A stretch of 64,000 nucleotides of DNA from Utricularia gibba (Eukaryota; Plantae; Magnoliophyta), in contig NEEC01000002.1 in assembly GCA_002189035.1 (NCBI GenBank), positions 6,262,001-6,326,000 on the forward strand. Reading direction: 5' to 3'. The position numbers and the translations under genes are program-made. Numbering within the stretch: the first letter of the stretch is position 1; each line of letters opens with the position of its first letter. The notes beneath the pieces were generated by a model. It worked only from the letters and a program-made list of their open reading frames with translations, was not told where the DNA came from and searched no databases. This document shows positions 12,808-24,422 of the stretch, piece after piece.

Positions 12808-14111
12808 TGGATCTTTTTCTGCTACAAGGATTCACCTAAGCCTCTTGAATCCCCCATTTTTGCAGCGACTGCAACTCTCTGCTGTTTCAATAATCCGCAT
12901 TTCGTAGACACGGTGGATTCTCACATAGCCTTCACTTTTCTGGGCATCAAAAGATGTTTCTGTATTCAAATCAATGTATCATATGGATTCTAAAGTTCGG
13001 TTAGAAGATCACCACTCAAACTGCAGAGGAGAAACTAGAAGACAGTCATGGTAAGAAACTAAACGCCCATGCAATCGCCAAAGATTGGAATTTTTAAACA
13101 GGGGACGATGTAAAGAAACAAACTTAATCCAAATACACAGCTTAGTTGCAGCAATAGATACTCCAAAAGGCAAAATGAAGGCAGCCAAGTTAGACTCCAA
13201 TTCCCCTCAAATTAGACAAAGGCTTTAGTCTTTACACGAAACACACCTGGATTCGATTATCATAATCAGGATTACTCCTAAAACTCACCACGAAAAGAAC
13301 CAGCCAATTCCACTGCCTTTTACAGATCCTTACTTTCACTGCTCCATGCGAATTCCACTGCAACAGTATCCATAGAGCAGACGTCCCTGAAAAGTAAAAG
13401 TAAGCCCAGATTGGTATTGGCACAACACATTCTCAGATTCATTCGGTTTCAAGAAGCGGTGCCCCAGCAAAAACGCTGACAGTGGTTAGATTTCCAAGAG
13501 CCATGGTGCCGTAAATCAGAAACTCGGTTAAAAAATGGCCAAACACAGGAAAGTTGCAAGGTCTATTTTTAAGATTGAATGCGCGCAGACAGCAAAGACG
13601 GCAAGTCAACAACGTTCAAACCCCAAACGCCCGCCCGTGCGTCACTGAACCCAGATTTTCCGGGTGAACGTAGAACAAGCGTTTCCAAAGAAAATGCCGC
13701 GTCTAACATCATACTCTGGCACAGCCACACGAAGAGCCCAAATATCGCAGAATCCGAACCATACTGAATCTAAACGAAGTGCCGCCACGAGTAACAACCA
13801 CCATCGTAGTAACTTCCTGGTTGCCGTCGCCGCCGCGCGATCCCCCTTGCTACCGGTTTTTGGCTCTACTTCGTTAATTTGCAGAAAGAAGAAGGACCGT
13901 ATTGCAATTAAAACAATTACTATTATTCATTTATTGATAGAAACTAACGCAATCCAGTAAAATGTTTTACTGTTGCGATTTTTACCGCGGACGTCTGTTG
14001 TCCATTTGTGGAGAATTTACATTTTTTTATACACAAAAATGTTAGGATTCTGAATTGACGGATTTACCCTTACCCCTCCAGGTTGGTCGTTTCTAAATTC
14101 CGTCCGCCGCG

Positions 14112-15765
14112 CTAGCTCCGGGAATGAAGATCCTGAGGAGGGCAAAGATCCTTTCGCAGATTCTCCGAGAAAAGTTTGCAGGCCTCGACGCTTAGGTTCG
14201 CCGCCGCCGCCAGGGCGATGAAAACCGCCGCGTCCTCCGTGCAGTTAACATGCTGTGCGGCCACCTCCGCCCTCGGCCCCGTCTTCTTGCCGCGGATACC
14301 AACCATACCCCGACGTGTGCTTCCATTACAAATCCACGGTACTGGCAGTAAGGCCAGAGGGCGGAATCGAAGTCACCGCTGCCGCGTGGGCTGCAGCCGG
14401 GGGAAGCGGCGGCGCTTCGCGGCGTCCCGGCGGGTGTTCCGCCGCGGCTGTTGGTCAAATCGATGACGAATTTTCCTCCCTTGCTGCCAGTGAGGCACGA
14501 CTCGGCTAAGAGAACGCCGGTTGTGGAAGCCGAGTCGGGGATCAACTCAAATCGGTAGCCGAGGCCATCGGAGGCGCTTCGCGCCCGCCAGACTTCAAGG
14601 CGGCCCCAGGGCTTCCAAGTACCGTCGCCTGGGCGGAGAATGAGCCAGCAACCCGGGTTGGCCCGGCTGACCCGGTCCGTGCCGGGTGAGGCGACGAATG
14701 GAGTCACCATCGACGCGACGGCGACTGATGAACCAGAGAGGTCGTGGATGGTGATGGACCATCCCTTTCTTTCCTTTCCAGGCCTTTCCTTTTCGCTGCC
14801 AAACGACGATAGCCACCGCCTTCCACCGCCACCATGGCCCGCCGGTAGTGACCTGCATATAAATCACAAGGGACCATAAATGAGAACTCCACCGATCTGC
14901 ATTCACATGGTTAAATATGAAATCGCCATGAAACGCCCTCGTGAAAGTGAGGAAATGGGCCATCCTCCAACTCAGATGGGTGAATTTTTTTTCCGGGGAA
15001 TTCCCGGACGAAATCCCCGTTTTACAGTTCCGGTTTTCCTTCAAACTTCCATAAGAAATCATTGAGAAAACTAGTACCAGAATTCACGAAAATTTATTCT
15101 CTGAAAATCGCATGAATCAGAGCATTTGCTCACCGGGATCGTTGATTCGGGTCGGCGGAGCGAAAGCTGAACTTGCAGGTGAAAACAGGCTGCCGTGAAT
15201 TTCCGCCGATTTGGAAAATTTGAGGACTGCATTCAGGCTCGCCGTCGAACTCAAAAACGAACCGCGGCTCCGGCTCCGCCCTGACATTCAGATGAAACTC
15301 AGCTTTATTCATTTTACCCGCTTTCCCCATACTAATCCACCCATTGTGAATAACCACCGATCTCGATTCCGCAACCGTCAACTCCAAAGGTACATAAATT
15401 TTCCCCAGTAACCGACCGGAGTGCAGGCCGCAAGCACTCCCCCGACTACCGGAATACACCAATATCACAAGACGGGCCTTATTCGATCGCGAAAATACCG
15501 ACGATTTCCCTGTAAGCCGGTCCATATCCGATTTACTCAGATGGAAGCTCGCCGCCAGAGCTTGAGAATTCCCATCAGGGAATTGGGTGTTCTCCGGCGC
15601 AATGTAGGGCACTACCGCGTTCTGCAAGGGGAACCCCTTCAACTTAATTACACAGAAACACGGCGACGATGAAGGATGCACCGCCACGCGAGCCGGCTTC
15701 ACCGCCACCGGGATTTTCAGGCCGAGATTCTTCACCGTAACCCTTACAAAGGAACAAGGATCCAT
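14112..15765 (-). CDS. DUF1005 family protein; 2 exons; -1 frameshift at C4 run 14308-14311
   Basis: Exons 15765-15134 and 14852-14112. MDPCSFVRVTVKNLGLK, FVFEFDGEPECSPQIFQI, KERKGWSITIHDLSGS, MVTPFVASPGTDRVSRANPGCWLILRP, WKPWGRLE. The conserved tail QHVNCTEDAAVFIALAAA..LS..AC.LFS continues in the shifted frame. Confidence 0.9.
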
Positions 15766-18683
15766 AAATCACCCAACCAAACCCCACCAATCTCACTCTC
15801 AAAACCCGATGAACGCGGCCAAGATGAAGACGGAGACTGAAACTACACAACAGCCACCAACTTAACGGCCCTGCCCTCCTCTGCCCCGCCCTCCACCCCG
15901 TGGCCCGTACAGAAAATAATTAAAATATTAATTATGGCATAAAACCACGCTCTTTGCACCTGTTTATTATTATTAAATTATTAATCAATCGCTGGACGCT
16001 TTTAATTTCCCCATTATTTATTTTATCTTATAAAATCCCAAATATAATAAATAAAATATCTTTAATAAACACCTTCGATTCGTTGTATTTATTTATTTTA
16101 TTATAAAATCAATTTCCATTTTTTAGGGGAAAATGGGGGGGAGTTGGCGAATTAGGCACAGGCACAGCTGTTTACAGCCTGTCATGTATGTTCTGATAGG
16201 GTGGACGTTGACGCCAATTCCTACCTTGGAAAAGGACTAATCTGCCCTTCCGTTGACGATAATCACTTTTGCTTTAATGACGCTATAAAGCGCTTCTTGA
16301 TTCGGTTGCATTGCCCTTTCCTTGTGTGCTATAAATTCAATAATAGCGCACTTAAATTTTATTAATTAAAAACACTGCAAAATTGTTATTAAAAAGATAA
16401 ATCATTGTTTTGATAATTAAATAAAGATTAATTCCAAAAATAGATTTATATTCTATAATAATAATTTAATCTACCAAACTCTACAATATATAATTTAATG
16501 TATAAAACACTACAATATAATTATCATATACTACAAAGCATATAATAAAAAACACATTAGGTGGTAGTGTCATCTAGCACCAAGTGACACGTGGCAGTCA
16601 AATTATTATGATCTATTTATTTCATTTAAAAAAACAGTAAGCTTTTTTACTCATATTTTTAGTTTATTTAAAATAATATTTGATTTTAAATAAATCTTTA
16701 TTTTAATGTTTTTTCCTCCAAATGGGTCGTAGGACGGTTTAGGAGGACAAATACGGCCCAGGTCCATTGAATAAATTCCAGGCCCATACTTCTCAGCCCA
16801 CTACATATCCACCTCCTTTATCCCTAATTTCCAATTTAGGAAATAATTCCAGGCTAAAAGTTTATTATTTTTTTAATTTAAAGAATTTGTGTTTTTTTAA
16901 AAGCATTTTTTGAAAACTAATTCTAATAAATTTTAATTTTAATTTCTTTACACCTTATTAAAAATAAGTATTTTGAAATTTATGTTATAAAATATGATAA
17001 TTAAAATTAACTCTAAATATTTTTTAAAAAATAAAAACTTCTGTAGCTATAAACCATATGCTAGTGGCTAATGACACCATTGTTAGAAAGGTATATTTGA
17101 TGTCCTAATCAACTCCCACATTAGGAAACTCGGGTCGGGTCGGGTCAAGCCCACCCGAGTTTTATGGTGCGTGGGAGATGTTTGAAAGCGAGAAGAAGGC
17201 AAGTCATGGGAATAGGCAAACATCCTCTCAGGGAATATATGTGTGTGCTCTTCATTTGAGTACAAGTAATGGACGCATTCATTCAAGTTTGATGGTGAAG
17301 TGAGTGAACTTGGTGTATGAAGTGGACCTGGCACTGGTAATATGCAATCAGCTTGGCAATCACATTCACAGAGGAGTGTGCTAATCAGGAAGGAAGCCTT
17401 GATGGCAGAATGGTCCAGATGCTCACAGGAGGAGGAGGAGGACCACTCGCAAAGAGGGCCTTCCTTTTTTCTCATACTTTGCAAACACAGACCAGAGTAC
17501 AGGGATGGGCATTAAAGTTGTCTCTCCATTGTTGGGGAGAGAGGTCAGAGAGGACCACACTCTCCCTTGCTCTTGAGTCTGGGGGATGGTTTTCTTCCTG
17601 TGGATTCTGAAGGGTGTGGTGCAAAGTGTGGAGGAAGAAAGCTGCTATTGCTGGTAAAGAATGGGAAAATGAGGGGAGAAAGATGGATGGATCAAGTGTG
17701 TGGAAAAATGGAACTGAGTTAAGGAAAAACTAGCAGGCACCATCCATCATCATCTCCAAGAACTGGTAAAAGCTGTTTGTAGACCAGCTTTTGCTGCATT
17801 CAAGTGTCGAGCATTCAGATGGTAGTTTGGAAAATAGAGCAGAAGAGATTAGGCTTGATCTGGTTTGGATCCAAGCAGGGGATTTATGTTGTACAGGATG
17901 GTTTTGTACAAGCAAAAGGATCCATGGAGTTGCAGGGGAATTGACTAACTGGTCCTTGAAGTGAAGAAGAGCAGCGCAGAGGAAACATCATGGGAGGGGG
18001 GAAAAGCATGAGAAAATGACTGCACATGAACGTATGAGAACCATGAACTGAAGAAAAATGGAAATGAACTTCATCATTGCATACTGGAGTTGCTTTTCTT
18101 CTTGACTAAACTGTCATGTTTCAAACAAAAAAAATGTCTCTCTTAGGACATTTCAGAACGAGCCTCTTATTGAGTTCTAACAGATTCCTTTCAGGATAAA
18201 GGATCAAAAGCTATATGAAGAATCATCGCAATGTGGAAATGAAAGAGAAACAGATGCATCAGTAACAGCATGAGCAGTAAAATGGAGTGAGAGATTTAAA
18301 CTAAGAGAACATTCATGGCAAAAGATGTCAAGAGAGATGAGGAAAAGAGCATTAAGCCATTATCATTAACATAAAGAAGTCACGGTTTAGGTACAAGACC
18401 TGTTTCTTTTCTTCCAGCAAAAGATAAAGCCATGGCAAGTTGAGTTCCCCCGCACAGCATTCAAAAGCAAGGAAAAGAGGGAATCATGACACAACATGCT
18501 TTCTCTATTTGCCACGAACCAGTAGAAAATCATCAAACTACTGATCAAAACGTGAGAAAACAGCCAGTTCCATAAATCCAAGAATTCCCTGTCTTTCTCC
18601 CTTGTATTTCCTTTCTTTTTTTTTTTTTTGTTTTGGTGTTTTCCTGCATATAACAGTTAGTAGAAACGAAGATAAAAAAAAAA

Positions 18684-18707
18684 TGCCTGGCTCCATTCTG
18701 TGTGCCT
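18684..18707 (-). ncRNA. Putative endogenous target-mimic (eTM) site for miR160 within a probable lncRNA (host roughly 17.2-19.3 kb, ends undefined)
   Basis: Minus strand reads AGGCACACAGAATGGAGCCAGGCA. It pairs with miR160 (UGCCUGGCUCCCUGUAUGCCA) perfectly at positions 1-11, has a 3-nt bulge, then pairs at 12-20 except position 16; position 21 is also mismatched. No long ORF nearby. Confidence 0.6.
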
Positions 18708-20764
18708 CCAACAACCAGAAGACGAAAAGGTCCCCATCTCCCCCTTTTTTTTGTTATTCTGGTTCTCCACCGATTTCTAACAGCAACTAATGCATTGTCC
18801 TGAAAGCCCGGAAGAACCTGCAATTCCCAGAAGGAGAAGGAAGCAAAAATGCATCTTTCTTCGAGGAGAAAACTTGTAAATCGGTGAATGCAGCGACACA
18901 AGCCATCCCAAATGACCCGAGTTTCAGTTTCCTATTTTCTTCAGCGGCGCACATAAAAGCTCGGCACTTTCCCATTGAAAGAAGAAGAAAAACACAAAGC
19001 GGGGACTTGGGGTTTGCGAGAAGGGAATGGGTGTTTGTTAAAGAGGTAGAATATGTCAAGCTTGTATTGTGAGTGTGTCGGGATCTCTTGCAGAACCGGC
19101 AGCAGGAGCAGCAGACCGCAGGCAAACTAAAATATCGATTTTTATTGGGATTGCGAGGCGGAGAAGGCAGTAGGCCACTCAGCCTATCCCCCAACCCGCT
19201 TTTTGTTCCCTTCCCACACACACGCTGCTGAAAAGTCTCAAATAAAAAAAACACTCAAAATCTTCAAGTTCATGAAACACTCAACGCTCAAGCAACCTTA
19301 AAGCCATTCACTCTTCATTCTACGGCAGCCATGAAGCAGGTTCATTGTATTGGCTCAGCCCACACGAACGGAGCCATTTTATTCTTAAAAAACCTTTGCA
19401 TCTTCTCAGAGTAATAAAGGAAAAAGCCTATGCAGTTTCCTGCTTACCTCATTTACGACGAATTAGGACATGGGGTGGATCAACACACGCAACAAAAGTC
19501 CTATGCTGCTTCTGCATGTAATAAATGCGGGTGTAATAGCCAAGTATCAGGATGCACAGCCACGAAAAATACCATGATCCATTTACCCAATGGGCAGGGA
19601 GTAAAATGGCCAGGTCACAAGCAAAAAAAGAAAAAAAAAACCTTTCGTTGCATTCATTGGAAGCACCAGCCAATCAAAAACTATCCAGATTTCAGGAATG
19701 AACATTACCCGTGTGTTTATGTTAGGACCATATGGTCGTCGTCTCATGTAAAATAATTTCAGAAAGCAGTATAGAAGAAGGGTGCAAGTTATCTGGACAG
19801 GAATGTTGGATATGGGTGCTCACATTACATCAGACTCTGGAGTGGTGTCTCTCAGAACTCAGAAGCACCATTAAATGCTGATCAATCAAGGGAAGAGAAG
19901 CCCTGCAGCTCTGACATCTACTTACCCTCCTGCAACTGTTGTTTGTTCTTAAAAATCTTGGGTTCCTCCCTCACCGCAGCGACATGTAGGGCCGCACCTT
20001 GATTGTCTTCCCAGCTCATGGTTTCAAAACATGGAATCCCTACTCAAACTAAAAACTAGAACCATCTCGGTTCAGTAACCTCGCGACTGTTCCGTTTCTC
20101 GAAATACTTCACCTCCATGAAATTTCATGAGCTGAACGTGTGACTAATGGGGTGCATTGAATAGCTAAATGCATACGCAGGCACGAGAGGTGATCGGCCG
20201 CGTCTGGTGTGTGGCACCGAGTTCCACTGCAAGCATTTCGGAAAGTAAACCAGCTCCAATGGAGCTGCTTCCATGGCGGCTGCCGACTCAACTCCTCTCA
20301 AACTACCATTTCTTTCCATTCCCTCAAACATGCCCCACCTCCATCATTTGCTTTCCTTCTTTATCAAGGGCTGATCTGAATAAAAAATAAAATTATATAT
20401 AATAAAATATAAAAATATATATTAAAAATACATACATTTAATAGATTTGCTCTAAGTTTATTTGTATTTTTGAAGTATTCAATAATATTATTATAACTAT
20501 AGCGTAAATTAATAAACTATCTACTGTAAAATTATCTTTTTTGACAAAAAGGTACTATAGGATTCGGTGATGATGGAGTTTGTATGAGTTTGGAGTAAAA
20601 GAAATTAATGCTTATATATATTATTTAAAATTATAAATATTAATTAATAATTTAAAAATATTTTATATTACCAAAAATATTCTATTCTATACTCGACTCT
20701 TTCATATTGTAAAATCATTGATTATTGTAATATATTATAATCTTTCGATTTTAAGTGGGTGGAC

Positions 20765-20812
20765 GGCCCATAAGTTAGAAAGAAAAGCCCGTTAGGCCCA
20801 AAAGATGTGCCC
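20765..20812. promoter_or_regulatory. Cluster of site-II-like (TGGGCY/GGCCCA) motifs upstream of a GC-rich putative transcription start
   Basis: GGCCCA twice, plus AAGCCCG and TGCCCA, within 50 bp. Lies at the boundary between AT-rich DNA and a GC-rich 5' segment starting near 20820. Confidence 0.45.
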
Positions 20813-21349
20813 AACCAGCTTCGGATACGCCGCGCCGCCGCAGTGCGCAGTCTCCGGTAGGTTTTCGAATTCAGTGGGATCGCGGCCTGCTCGTAGCCGC
20901 ATGATCAGATGTATTTTCTGCATTATATTTCATGTCTTCGTCGTTTTCTCGTTTTACATCAATTATTCGGATTTGGAATAGTGAAGTTTGGAGATTGGTC
21001 TTGTCCGGGGCTGCGTTATTGATGCGCATTCTTTTTCTCCGTTGATGGAGAGTTTGATTGCTCTGCAATTGAGCATTCACTAAGTGTCATGTACTGAAGG
21101 TGAGGTAAAACGTTAGCTGAAAAATGCAGCATTGCTGATGAAATGATTCTCCCTCGGGCCTGAATGCTGATATATATTTCATGAATGTAGGATATTGCGC
21201 ATGAGGACTGGGATTGATGAGGATGACTGTGCCCCAAATATTGAATTCAACATTTCCAGATTAATGCTCCGCTTGACTAGGAGTTTCGTTACTGCTAATG
21301 GAGATATGGTCGTTTTGTGTGTATTTTCATATTTCTGTGCTTATGATGC

Positions 21350-21690
21350 AGCAAGGAATCATGTTAGGTTTTTTCATAATGGATCTTTTATAAAACTGAC
21401 TCAGTTCGTGCAATTGGTCTTTTTTCAGACGGCAGTTGGCACCTGCTGCTTGCCTCTGCATCTTATGTCTGGATCATATTTTTGGGATTTTTTTTATTTG
21501 TAAGGAAATATGGTTGTTCTATATTTTCATTTTGAGTATTTCTCTGCTTAGGATAGGACAGGGAATCTTCGTAAGTTTATTCATAAATGATTTTATGAAA
21601 TCTGGCTCAGTTCGTGCAACTGGTGGTTCTCAGATGGCGGTCATGGCACCTGTTTCTGGTTTCAGTACTCATTTTTCTTTTGGGATGTGG
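21350..21690. repeat. Diverged tandem duplication, ~130-bp core, ~205-bp period
   Basis: CTGACTCAGTTCGTGCAATTGG...CAGACGGCAGTTGGCACCTG (~21396-21445) versus CTGGCTCAGTTCGTGCAACTGG...CAGATGGCGGTCATGGCACCTG (~21602-21651). Flanks are also similar (GGAATC upstream, TTTGGGAT downstream). Confidence 0.8.
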
Positions 21691-24422
21691 GTCCTTTTGT
21701 TTAGGTTGTTTCGTGGGAAATTGATTGCGTGCGTACTAATTTCGTAAACGTCAATCTTTTTAGAACTCTGTAGGCAGTTATTCATATGCCTAAATCCAAG
21801 CACATCTTCCTTATGTAGTTATTATTAAGAATCTGGAAAACTTTCGTGTTGTTTAGATGTGTCGTTATTATCATTTTTGCCTTGGTGGCTTTTTATTTTA
21901 CTTGGAAATGTGTAGTACTTCGACTATAAAGTAACGAAATACATGAAGTAAATAGATTGAAACACAACGGAATAGAATGATGTATCAATATGTAGAGTTG
22001 CAATGATTTCGATAACTGCGTTAGCCTATTAATGTGGGCTTCAAGATGCCAGGATTTATGCCTAATGGAAAAGGGTGGTTGCCTTTGTTGATGCCGTGAA
22101 ATATAGCACATTTGACTCTGAATACGGGAATTAGTAGTTCCCTCTTCTAATACAATTTTTGCTTTGGTACGTGATGTATGAAATGTTAACGCACGTATAA
22201 ACAGAGAGTTACACGTATTGTTGTTTTCAGAAAGCATTAGTAGATTCTTATGCACAAAAGCTTAGCATCAATCTCACTTTCATGCATCTTATCTTGGAAT
22301 AAGTTCTCAGTGCTTAGAAAAATTGCATGCATTAATGAAAAGTTAGAATTCTCAGTTCCACCTTTACTATGCTATAGATGTAGTTTGTGCAAATGCTTCC
22401 TTAATGTTCCTAGAACACACAGTGATTTTTTGAAACGGGTTTTGTTCCTTTTTGCCATCTGCAACTCTGTAAAATTTGTGTATGGAGAAACAACTGGAGG
22501 AGCATGAATGCATTTTCAAAAGTTGCGCATCACCTGAGTGATTGCTACTGTTGAAGATTTTCTTCTGTCACTATATAAAACGGAAGCGTTTATTCATCTT
22601 GCGCATGGAATCGCATGTGCACCGAACCTGCTACGTGATTCTATTCCTAATGCCTATTGTCACCCCCGTATCTTACTATTAGGATATGTAGAAAGTGGAC
22701 TTAGTGACCTATGGGGGTTGTTAGCATTTAATTCCCCTTTAGATTCTCCATTTTCTCTGCAGGAAAAGGAAAAAATGTCTGGTTCCCTTCAGGGGCATCT
22801 TGTAGATTTCTGACAACAACATGTGATCTTTCATGGAGGTAAGTTAATTCTTATCTTCTTTTATGATATGTTTGAAGGAATCGGAATCAAATTGATTTTG
22901 TACTTTTGCCCTCTCAGATCAATGGCTCTTAGGAAAGAATAAAATAAATGAATGTGCAAAATCAGAGGTTGGTGTTGGGGGATGATTGTAAATTTGGACT
23001 GTTGCACTTACATGAAAATACGGATGCAGAGAGAGTGGCACAGGGTGTGGGATAAGGCCCCCACTTTTAAGAGACGCTACACTGCCGTGCCATGGTGTCT
23101 GAAAAAGGATGCGTATATAGTTTACCTTTTTTTTTGCTCATTGAGAGATCAACTGGTACGTATGGTGAGTTACTACACTTTCCAACTTGTTTCCTTTCTC
23201 CCAGTCTGCCGGCTCTTCGCACACCCATCCGTCTTATCTATCTTCTGTCGATCCCTCCATTAACCTCTGTGGTCCCTTAGTTTTCTTTTTCCTACATTGT
23301 GCATGCATGATTTCTTCTTCTTTTTACTAATTTGCTGTTCTTTGTTTTTCTTATCGTAGGCCGAGGCTCCCCATCACGTTGGTCTGTTCGTGTGGGGCGA
23401 ATTCAGGGGGGCCACCTTCTAATGGGATTCCCTGCCCATGGACCGATTCCAACCACTGCTCGTTGTGATGAAAGGGTTGGCAATGTGGGATGTTTGGTAT
23501 CTTGCAATTTAATCATTCACTCACAAACTTCCTTCATATCTCCCCTCCCATTCATCACTGCCAGTTTTACAGTAGCCTAATGTGGAACAGAGTGCTGGTG
23601 TTTTTTTCTTGCCATTGCAATGCAGTTTTGGTGGGAATTCATATTGGATTCAGACCTGCACACTGGTGTCTCGGAATGCAGGTGAGGTTGTCCAAATTCA
23701 CAGAGCCATGGCGTGGTCGGGTTCTTAAAATCTCTTCCAGAGAGCAGAATTCGCAGCACTGTGCATGTCATAGGGGGCCTCAAGAGAATTCATGAACAAC
23801 CCAACATTTTTTTCCCTTACCCCATAACTTCCATTCTGCACATACATACACCGATGCAGACACCGTTGTTTGTTTTCATTGTTGAATTTGGTTTCAATTT
23901 TGAAATCTAGCATTGAATTTTAATTATAATGTTTTTAAGCCTCTGCGCTCTCTTGTTGGCTCTTTTGTTGACAGTGGATTCCCAATGGTATTTGTGTGCT
24001 GATTGAAGTATGTAACCCCACCAACCCACCAAAGGCCATACTCGTTTGACTTCAACTTTTTGCCCATGGCGGGTGAAAAAAACACATGCCAATTCCACTA
24101 ATTATCTCTGCACAAATCCAGGTACGTGATGATTAGCCACTAATCTCCTCTCTAATCATCTCCATTTCCTTTGTCTTGTCCTTTTAAAATAACTTTCAGA
24201 CAAGTAAACTCCGGTTGTACTTTACAATGCTACAAAAGTTGCCACGTATTGTCTTAGTACCGTATCCTCATTTGTATATAAGCCCCCCTTCGCCCCTCAC
24301 CGATATTTGCCTTTCCACCATTAGCTCTCATCTCCCAGAAGTTGATGTGTGTTTGTTTCTCAAGATTCTGCCTCTTCTTCTGAGAGTATATCGAAGTTGA
24401 GAAACAAGAAGCATTTGAAACC

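Noticed and set aside
20279-20290. GCTGCCGACTCA, a fragment of the conserved MIR319 stem
   Set aside because: No TTGGACTGAAGGGAGCTCC mature sequence and no complementary arm nearby.
22561-22570. TCTTCTGTCA, complementary to miR156 positions 1-10 (possible mimic)
   Set aside because: The 3' half of miR156 cannot pair upstream, so it fails eTM rules.
22661-22720. Hairpin CACCCCCGTA...TATGGGGGTTG as an H/ACA snoRNA
   Set aside because: No properly placed H or ACA box and no second hairpin.
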